Shown in pieces: positions 54,430 to 63,263 of a stretch of DNA of 64,000 nucleotides; position 1 is the stretch's first letter; every line of letters starts with the position of its first letter. The stretch covers positions 1,850,964 to 1,914,963 of the forward strand of contig OY969424.1 in the NCBI GenBank assembly GCA_963699235.1, read 5' to 3'. A program made the translations under genes and the position numbers. Source of the stretch: an uncultured Chloroflexia bacterium. Lineage in GTDB: Bacteria > Chloroflexota > Limnocylindria > QHBO01. Under the pieces are notes generated by a model that did no database searches, was not told the DNA's origin, and saw nothing but the letters and a program-made list of their open reading frames with translations.

Positions 54430-55100
54430 ACGTCGCTCGCGGAAGATCGCCCGCAGTACCCGCCAGCCGTCGGGAATGGTTCGGAGGCGACCGATGCCCA
54501 TGACCCGGCGGTCCTCGAAGCTGGGGACCTCCTGGACACGGAGGCCGGCGCGCAGGGCCCGGATGTTCATCTCGGTCTCGATCTCGAAGCCATCGCCATT
54601 CAGGGCGAGGACCGGCAGGTGACGGCGCCAGAAGGCGTTGTAGCCGTAGCACAGGTCGGTGTAGCGCCCGCCGTAGAAGCATGCGGACGAGGCGGACGAA
54701 GGTGGCGTTGCCCAGGCGGCGGTGGATGGGCATGTCGCTGGTGCCGGCGCCGTGAAGGAAGCGGGACCCCTTGGCGAAGTCTGCCCCGGCCAGGAGCGCG
54801 TTGACGAACATCGGGATCTCGGCGGGATCGGTCGAGCCGTCGGCGTCGAGCATCACGATGATGTCGCCGGTGGCGGCCGCGAATCCGGAGCGCAGGGCCG
54901 CGCCCTTGCCGGTGCCCTCCTGCTGAACGATGCGGATCGTCGGAATCAGCTCACGGGCGACTTCGGCGGTGCGATCCACGGAGGCGCCGTCGACCAGGAT
55001 GACCTCGTCCACGCTGGCTCGGCACCCGCGGCAGGACGTGGGGGAGGTTCAGCTCTTCGTTGAGAGCGGGAATGATGACGCTGACCGTAACGCGTGACAT
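54430..55100 (-). pseudogene. GT2 (polyprenol-phosphate-sugar-synthase-like) gene carrying two frameshifts; the last segment runs on into gmhA
   Basis: Segment 1 starts at the ATG at 55100 (SD AAGGTGG): MSRVTVSVIIPALNEELNLPHVLPRVPS. Segment 2 begins after a shift near 55013-55016: VDEVILVDGASVDRTAEVA...IIVMLDADGSTDP...FVRLVRML. Segment 3 begins after a shift near 54676-54682: YGGRYTDLCYGYNAFWRRHLP...GFEIETEMNIRALRAGLRVQEVPSFEDRR. The three segments lie in three different frames. Confidence 0.6.
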
Positions 55101-55396
55101 GCTCACCACCTTGGCTCAATCGGTGCAGCACGCTTCCGGGACGGTCTCGGCCGTCGATCCGAGGATGCCGGACCGACGCACCAGCGGTGCGTGAAACAAC
55201 CTACGGGATGATTCATAGGATAACCGGGCGACTGATTTGGGCGAAATCCGGGGAAAAATGAGGACCTCGTCAGCCTAGGAGCAAAGTCCTAGCGGGTCAA
55301 GGCATTCTCCGCCCAATGGCACCGAACGCGTTGCCACATGGCACCATTCGCCCGTGAATCGCCCCCGAAGGGGCCGCCAAAGGTCCCCCCGAAGCC

Positions 55397-55933
55397 CTAG
55401 GACGTGGGTTTCGAGTACCCCCGCTCCTCCAACGCCTGGAGCACCTTGAGCGCGCTCTCCTCCGGCGTTTCCCGGCCATCGGTGTGGCACACGACCTCTG
55501 GCTCAAGGGGCGGCTCGTAGGGGTCGCTGACCCCGGTGAAGCCGGTGATCTCGCCGGCCAGGGCCTTCTTGTAGAGCCCCTTCACGTCCCGCTCGGCGAG
55601 GACGGCGATGGGTGCCTCGACGTAGACCTCGACGAAGCTGCCGATGGTGGCCCGGACTTCGTCGCGGACCTCGCGATAGGGGCTGATCGCCGCAGCGATG
55701 GCGATGACGTCGTTCCGGGTCAGGACCTCGCACACCCAGCCGATGCGCCGGATGTTCGTGTCGCGGTCCTCCTTCGAGAACCCGAGGCCCTTCGACAGGT
55801 GAGTCCGGACGACGTCGCCGTCGAGGACCTCGACCTTGTGGCCCCGTCGCCGCAGCTCGGCCTCGACGAGGTCCGCGATCGTCGTCTTGCCCGCTCCTGA
55901 CAGGCCGGTGAACCAGACCGTGCAGCCGGTCAT
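55397..55933 (-). CDS. cysC: Adenylylsulfate (APS) kinase
   Basis: From the ATG at 55933 (ATGA overlap with sat): [15 protein letters not shown] (P-loop), [21 protein letters not shown] and [11 protein letters not shown]. Confidence 0.9.
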   Translation of the reverse strand: MTGCTVWFTGLSGAGKTTIADLVEAELRRRGHKVEVLDGDVVRTHLSKGLGFSKEDRDTNIRRIGWVCEVLTRNDVIAIAAAISPYREVRDEVRATIGSFVEVYVEAPIAVLAERDVKGLYKKALAGEITGFTGVSDPYEPPLEPEVVCHTDGRETPEESALKVLQALEERGYSKPTS

Positions 55934-57106
55934 CGGGTCACCGCCGCCGAGCGGTAGGCGTCGATCAGGACCTGGGCCACCTCGGGTCGGCTGAACTCCG
56001 GTGGCGGCATCTCGCCGGCGGTGAGCATTTCGCGCACCCTCGTGCCCGACAGGATGAGCCGCTCCGTGTCCGGATGGGGGCAGGTCTTGGAGGACGCCAT
56101 CCCCTCGCAGGCACGGCACCAGAACGAGTGCTCGAAGAACAGCGGCATGATGCCGAGCTCATCGGGCCCGAACTCATCGAAGATCAGGTGGGCGTCGTAC
56201 GAGCCGTAGAAGCTCCCGACCCCGGCGTGGTCTCGACCGACGATGAAGTGGGTGCAGCCATAGTTCTTGCGGGCGATGGCATGGAAGACGGCCTCCCGCG
56301 GCCCGCCGTAGCGCATCGCGGCGGGGTAGACGGCGAGGAGGGTCCGGTCGGCTGGGTAGTAGTTCGCGAGCAGGGCCTCGTACGCCTGCATCCGAACTTC
56401 CGGCGGCGTGTCGTCGGACTTCGTCTCGCCCACGAGCGGATGGATGAGCAGGCCGTCCACGATCTCGAGGGCGGCCTTGGTCAGGTACTCGTGCGCCCGG
56501 TGGATCGGGTTTCGCGTCTGGAAGCCGACGACCCGGCGCCACTCGCGCTCGGCGATCTGGGCACGGGTCTGGGTCGGGGTCAGCCGACGGGCGGCGAACG
56601 GAGGATCGAGCGGCAGCTCGAGGACGTGGACGTCGCCGCCGAGGTGGATCTCCCCGGCATCCCGAATCCGGGCGACGGCCGGGTGGCTGTCGTCGGTCGT
56701 CCGGAATACCTGCTCGGCCTCGGACTTCCTTGTCATACGCATAGACGTCGGCCAGGTCGAGGATGCCCACGGTCCGGCCGGTTTCATCGGTGAGCGCCAC
56801 CGACGAACCGATCTGCAGCCGATCCGCTTCCTCGCGGGTCGTCGAGAGGGTCACCGGGATGGACCACGGCAGCCCGGAGGCGAGGCGCATGTCCTTCACC
56901 ACCGATGCGTAGTCGTCCTGGGTCAGGAACCCGGTGAGCGGGCTGAAGGCGCCGGTGCCGATGAGCTCGAGGTCCGAGAGCTCGACCGCGCCGAGGCGCA
57001 GCTGGGGCATGGATGGGACCCGATCGAGGGCGGCGTCGCGGTCGGCTCCGACCAGGACGCGGTCGATGAGCGAGCCACCGTGGGGGGGAATGAGGGCGTG
57101 CGTCAA
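55930..57106 (-). pseudogene. sat: Sulfate adenylyltransferase (ATP sulfurylase), split by one frameshift near 56722-56737 (or a sequencing indel)
   Basis: The N-terminal part lies in the frame of track ORF 56174-57385, with a likely TTG start at 57106: LTHALIPPHGGSLIDRVL...[10 protein letters not shown]. The C-terminal part lies in the frame of ORF 55930-56787: [17 protein letters not shown]...[15 protein letters not shown]...[12 protein letters not shown]. Together they make a normal ~390-aa Sat. Confidence 0.75.
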
Positions 57107-57257
57107 TGAAGGCCTCGCTGGCGGAAAAGTGGCCTGCGATAGTACCCCGCGATTCCTCGGGGCGCGAAAACGGCCGGTGGCGCGTCGGCCGCCGATTGGC
57201 GCGCTGGCTAGAATCGGGGGGACGAATTCGCGAGCGCCGCTCCCCGGAGGAACCCCG

Positions 57258-58265
57258 ATGGTCGGTCCAGCCTCGCCCGCGCCGTCGGCCGCGCTCGCGG
57301 GGACGGACGCTGAGGCGTTTGCCACCCGACTGCGCACCGCGCGGTCGGTCACCGCGTTCTGCCACGAGCAGCCCGACGGCGACACGCTCGGGGCCGCGGT
57401 GGCGGTGGCGCTGATCGCCGCCCGCCTGGGGGTGGCCTCGGAGGTCGTCTCCGTCGATGCCGTGCCGCCGGCCTACGAGTTCCTCGCCGGATCGGGCGCG
57501 ATCCGCCGCGCGCCCGGCCTCTCACCCGACCTGGCGGTGGTGTGCGACGCCGCCACCCTCGAGCGGGTCGGCTCGGTCCTGGTGGCGGAGGCGGCGTGGT
57601 TCTCGCAGGCGACGGTGGTGAACATCGACCACCACGCCACGAACGCTCGGTTCGGGGCGATCAACATCGTCGACGAGCACGCGGCGGCCACCTGCCAGGT
57701 CGTCGCCGACCTCCTGCCGCTCACCGGCGTGGCCCTGGACCGCGACATCGCCAGTGCGCTGCTGGCCGGGCTCGTCCGTGACAGCCACGGGTTCTCGACG
57801 AGCGCCACCTCGCCCCGGACGCTGCGCGCGGCGGCCGAGGCGGTCGAGGCCGGGGCACCGATCGACGCCATCTCGCGAGCGACCCTGCTCGAGCTCCCGG
57901 TGCCGACCATGCGGCTCTGGGCCCGACTGCTGGCGACGATGGGAACCGCCTACGACGACCAGCTCATCTACGCCGTCCTGACCGGGGATGCGCTGGCCGA
58001 AACCCATACCGAGCAGCACGACGCGGACGGCCTGGTCGAATTCCTCGCTCGGGGCCGCGGGGTCCGGGTGGCGATCCTGCTGCGCGACCTCGGTCCCGTC
58101 ACCCGGGTCAGCCTGCGAACCGGCGACGGCGTCGATGCCGCGGCCATCGCGGGTTCCTTCGCCGGTGGCGGCCACCGGCGACGCGCGGGCTGCACCGTTC
58201 CGGCGCCGGTGGAGCGGGCGGTTCCGCTCGTGCTCGAGGCCTGCCGGCCCTACCTCGAGGGGTGA
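57258..58265 (+). CDS. nrnA: DHH/DHHA1 phosphoesterase, NrnA-type (oligoribonuclease / pAp phosphatase)
   Basis: The ATG at 57258 has GGAGG 7 nt upstream. Motifs: CHEQPDGDTLGAA (DHH motifs I-II), NIDHH, and GGGHRRRAG (DHHA1 GGGH). Confidence 0.8.
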   Translation: MVGPASPAPSAALAGTDAEAFATRLRTARSVTAFCHEQPDGDTLGAAVAVALIAARLGVASEVVSVDAVPPAYEFLAGSGAIRRAPGLSPDLAVVCDAATLERVGSVLVAEAAWFSQATVVNIDHHATNARFGAINIVDEHAAATCQVVADLLPLTGVALDRDIASALLAGLVRDSHGFSTSATSPRTLRAAAEAVEAGAPIDAISRATLLELPVPTMRLWARLLATMGTAYDDQLIYAVLTGDALAETHTEQHDADGLVEFLARGRGVRVAILLRDLGPVTRVSLRTGDGVDAAAIAGSFAGGGHRRRAGCTVPAPVERAVPLVLEACRPYLEG

Positions 58266-58618
58266 GCGGCGGCGCGGTGGCGCCGGAGCACCTTCGCGAC
58301 CTCGCCGACGAGCGCAGAGCGGGCGCGCATCGGTCCCAGTCCGGACGAACGGGCATCGGCATGGGCCTCGAGGTCGGTGTGGGGCCCGAACAGGATGATG
58401 TCAGGGCGCGGATCGGACGCGGCATCACGCCACGCGGCGATCGCCTCGGCCCATCCCGGCCCTCGTTCGGTCCAGTCCACCACGAGGAGGTCGGCTCGCT
58501 CGCCGGCGTCGAGCGCCGCCGGCGACTCGATGCGGGTCACCGTTCCGCCCTCGACCACGGCGACGCCCTCGATGCGTGAGGCGGTGATGAGGTCGGACGC
58601 GAGGACGAGGATCCGCAC
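58250..58618 (-). CDS. Hypothetical protein, receiver(CheY)-like fold suggested
   Basis: MRILVLASD...ADLLVVDW... loosely follows the receiver-domain beta-alpha pattern, but the acidic pocket is incomplete. The 3' end overlaps the nrnA 3' end by 16 nt. Confidence 0.45.
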   Translation of the reverse strand: MRILVLASDLITASRIEGVAVVEGGTVTRIESPAALDAGERADLLVVDWTERGPGWAEAIAAWRDAASDPRPDIILFGPHTDLEAHADARSSGLGPMRARSALVGEVAKVLRRHRAAAHPSR

Positions 58619-58633
58619 CAGGGCCGTCGGCAG

Positions 58634-59065
58634 CTAGCCGGGCGACGGGATGGGAACGTCCTCCGTCGCCGCCGAGGCTGCCGGTGTCGCCTCCCCCGCC
58701 ATCGGCTCAGCCGGCTCAGCCGGCTCGCCCGCGTCGCCGGTGCCAGTGCTCGCACCATTGCCCGCGCCGTTCGGCTCGGCCGCATAGCGGGCGATCCGCA
58801 TCGGGAAGATGCCGACCACGACCGGAGCCCGAACATCCACCGAGAGCTCCATCCCCAGCTCGTCACGGATCCAGAGCTCCTCGAGCTTTGCAGCTTCCCG
58901 GGCCGGGACGCCGATGAACGCCGTCGTCCCGTTGCGGCTGATGCCGACCATGGCGTCCGGTTCGTCAAGCCCGAAACGGCGGCGAAGTTCCGCGACCGGC
59001 ACGTACGGGCGTGAGCTGACGAAGCGTCGCAGGCTCGATGTGCTCGGCCGCTTGGCGGCGGACAT
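58634..59065 (-). CDS. Hypothetical protein with a low-complexity acidic/Ala/Pro C-terminal tail
   Basis: 143-aa ORF in the local gene orientation. I recognise no motif. Confidence 0.45.
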   Translation of the reverse strand: MSAAKRPSTSSLRRFVSSRPYVPVAELRRRFGLDEPDAMVGISRNGTTAFIGVPAREAAKLEELWIRDELGMELSVDVRAPVVVGIFPMRIARYAAEPNGAGNGASTGTGDAGEPAEPAEPMAGEATPAASAATEDVPIPSPG

Positions 59066-59075
59066 GAGGCCGAGT

Positions 59076-59444
59076 CTACCCCGGGCCCGACCCGCCCGCC
59101 GGTGGCGCCGGCGGCTCGGAGCGGCCGTGACTCCAGCCGCGAGCCCGCTCGACTGCCCGTCGGATGATGGCCTTGGACGGCACCGGCTCCGCCGTGCCGT
59201 CGTCGCTCGAGTAGCGGCGAAGGTAGAGACCCACCTCGCCCGCGGTCTCGGGGTCGATGTCCGCGCCGTCGATCCGAATCGTCGGCGAGCCCGGCAGGGC
59301 CAGGAACGTGGCGTCCTGTTCGGTCCCGACCGCGATCATCTGGATCGTCGTCTCGAAGGCGTCCTCGATGAGGACCTCGACCAGCCGCTGCCGCGCGGTC
59401 ATGTACTCCGGATCGCGGTCCCAGAACAGGAGCTCGACCTGCAT
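59076..59444 (-). CDS. Small thioredoxin-fold-like protein lacking the redox cysteines (hypothetical)
   Basis: From the ATG at 59444: MQVELLFWDRDPEY...LPGSPTIRIDGADIDP... resembles small actinobacterial thioredoxin-fold proteins (MKVELLYFDGCP...GSPTILIDG). This is from memory only, and no Cys is present. Confidence 0.4.
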   Translation of the reverse strand: MQVELLFWDRDPEYMTARQRLVEVLIEDAFETTIQMIAVGTEQDATFLALPGSPTIRIDGADIDPETAGEVGLYLRRYSSDDGTAEPVPSKAIIRRAVERARGWSHGRSEPPAPPAGGSGPG

Positions 59445-59467
59445 CGGCCAGGGCGTTTCCGGGCGGC

Positions 59468-59728
59468 TCAGCCGGCCGACAGGCCGATGACCAGAGAGGC
59501 CACCGCGATGACGCCGAGGATGGCGCCAAGGGCGATCCGTCGGCGTTCGCCGGACGTCATGTGCTGGGCGCTCGGCTCGGCGCGGTCGGCGCGCCCGCGC
59601 CAGGCGAGATAGCGCTCCGTGTTCCGGACGCTGGCTGCCCGCGACTGCCACGAGCGCCAGGCCGGCACGCCGATGACCAGGCCGATGCCGCCCGCCACGA
59701 CGGCGGCCAGGAACAGCGGCCAGGTCAT
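59468..59728 (-). CDS. Small 2-TM membrane protein coupled to pgl
   Basis: The ATG at 59728 forms an ATGA overlap with the pgl stop. Helices are MTWPLFLAAVVAGGIGLVIGV and a C-terminal IALGAILGVIAVASLVIGL. Confidence 0.5.
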   Translation of the reverse strand: MTWPLFLAAVVAGGIGLVIGVPAWRSWQSRAASVRNTERYLAWRGRADRAEPSAQHMTSGERRRIALGAILGVIAVASLVIGLSAG

Positions 59729-60462
59729 GCCGGTTGGCCCACCGCCTCGTCCGCTGCCGCCGTATCGACGAGCCACGTCGTCCGGTCCGCCCGGACCTGG
59801 GCGGCCGGGAGGTCGGCGCCGGCCCGGACCGCGGCCAGGGTCGCGGCCTTTTCGGCGCCGGTGACCGCGAACAGGACCTCCCGCGCGGCGTTCAGGACAG
59901 GGTAGGTCAGGGTCAGTCGGGCGGTGTCGTATCCGGCCGGCCAGGTCGGCACCACCAATCGGTCAGTGACCGACAGCGAGGCGTCGTTGGGGCAGAGCGA
60001 GGCGGTGTGGCCATCGGCGCCCATCCCGAGCCAGATCAGGTCGAACACTGGTATGCCACCCGTTCCGACGGGCACGACCCGTCGCACCTCGTCCTCGTAG
60101 TGGCGTGCGCCGTCGTCGAGGTGCTCCGCCTCGGCCATCATGCGGTGGACCTGGTCCGGCGGCAGGTCCGGCGCATGGTCCAGCAGGACGTCCTTGGCGG
60201 CGCGATAGTTCGACAGGGGGTCGTCAGGACCGACCGCCCGCTCGTCCGCCCAGAACAGCTCGACCCGTTCCCACGGAACGCGGCCATGGAGCGGCGCCTC
60301 GGCGAGGAGGGTGAACGCCGGAAGCGGCGTCCGACCGCCGGGCAGGGCGACGTGGAACCGGCCACGGGCCGCGACCGAGGCCCGGGCGTTCTCGACGAAG
60401 GCCGTCGCCGCGGCCTGCGCGACCTCGTCCGGCCCCGGGAGCACGGTGAAGGTAACGGTCAC
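59725..60462 (-). CDS. pgl: 6-phosphogluconolactonase
   Basis: HVALPGGRTP, FWADER, LLGMGADGHTASL-type motif (IWLGMGADGHTASL) and FAVTGAEKA. Confidence 0.9.
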   Translation of the reverse strand: MTVTFTVLPGPDEVAQAAATAFVENARASVAARGRFHVALPGGRTPLPAFTLLAEAPLHGRVPWERVELFWADERAVGPDDPLSNYRAAKDVLLDHAPDLPPDQVHRMMAEAEHLDDGARHYEDEVRRVVPVGTGGIPVFDLIWLGMGADGHTASLCPNDASLSVTDRLVVPTWPAGYDTARLTLTYPVLNAAREVLFAVTGAEKAATLAAVRAGADLPAAQVRADRTTWLVDTAAADEAVGQPA

Positions 60463-61684
60463 GCGGCCGCCTCCTCCGATGTCGCGAGCAGGATCGCGGC
60501 GGCGCGCAGGGCGTCCTCGTAGACGAGGTCGCGCTGGTCCTGGACGAGCTGGCGGCGGAGCACCTCTGCCTCGCTCTCGGGCTGGAGCGGAATACGACGG
60601 AGGTAGGCGGTCATCCCATCGGCGTTGGTGACCGCCGTGGCCTCGGCGGCAGGCCGGTCGATGATGAACTCCGCCGAGCCCGCCTCCCCGAAGGCGCGGA
60701 GCCGAATGGAGAGCAGCTCGCCCGGTGGGACGGCGGCGGTGGGCACCGGCTCGATGGCGAGGTCAACCATTTCGTATCGGCCCTCGAGCTCGAGGCGGAT
60801 CCCGTTCGGCGAGGCCGGCTCGCGCCACCGGGCACGGCGCCACGCAAGCCGGGTTGCGATCCATCCCGCGTACAGCAGGGCCGCGGCGGCCGGCGCCTGC
60901 GTGCCGGAGGTGATCTCGCCGGCTGTCGCGCGGCGGGACTCGCTGGCCTCGGCCTCCGGGTCGGGAACGGCATACCGGATCGACAGCCGCGAGAGGTTCG
61001 GAAGGTAGCGGCGGAAGCGCGGTGCGTCGAAAAACTGGGCGGTCAGCTCGTGCCACGGCGTGAGCCGCTCCCAGGTGATGTCGCCCACCCCCGACCGGCG
61101 GCGGATATACGCCAGCTGCTTCAGCCCGCTGGGCAGGTCGCCGAAGTCCGATGCGTTGACGACGAGCCGGTCGCCGAGCTCCAACAGCTGCTTGAACACC
61201 GGGTTCTCGAACGGCGGGTCCCCGGGCCACCAGACGTCGATCGGCAGGTCATGGATGACGAGGGGGGCCACGATGCCGTCCAGGTGGCGGGCCGCCTCCC
61301 CGCGCACGATCAGGGCCAGCTGCTCGAAGCAGACCCGGGCCGCTCCGTCTTCGCCGTCACGACAGTGGGTGCCGATCCGGGCGTCGATCGCGTCGCCCTC
61401 CGCATCGGGGTCAGCCTGGAGCACGATCGCGCGGGACGGATGGCGGATCCCGAGGCTGAGCAGGGTGTTCAGGACGTGGTCGCTGGTCTCCTGGTCGGGA
61501 ACGGTCACGATGAGGTTGAGGACCGACGTCCGGGCGCTGGTGGCGCCCTTCTCGGTGATCACCACCCCGTCCCCGGCGGCCTGGTCGGCGGTCGCCTGAT
61601 GCCAGAGCCGGCTGAGCTCGGCCTCGACGGCGCGAACGGTCGTGCCGCGCATCTCCCAGTACGGTGTGGCACCCGGCTCGAGGC

Positions 61685-61688
<4 letters not shown>
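60459..61688 (-). CDS. opcA: Glucose-6-phosphate dehydrogenase assembly protein OpcA
   Basis: The GTG at 61688 overlaps the zwf stop (GTGA). AVEAELSRLWHQ and ARTSVLNLIVTV follow the OpcA N-terminal pattern. Its position between zwf and pgl is canonical. Confidence 0.8.
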
Positions 61689-63259
<1,571 letters not shown>

Positions 63260-63263
63260 GGGC

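Noticed and set aside
55930-57385. Treating track ORFs 55930-56787 and 56174-57385 as two independent overlapping genes
   Set aside because: Their sensible parts are the C-terminal and N-terminal halves of one ATP sulfurylase, joined by a single frameshift near 56722-56737. The remaining parts of each ORF are nonsense reads of the other frame.
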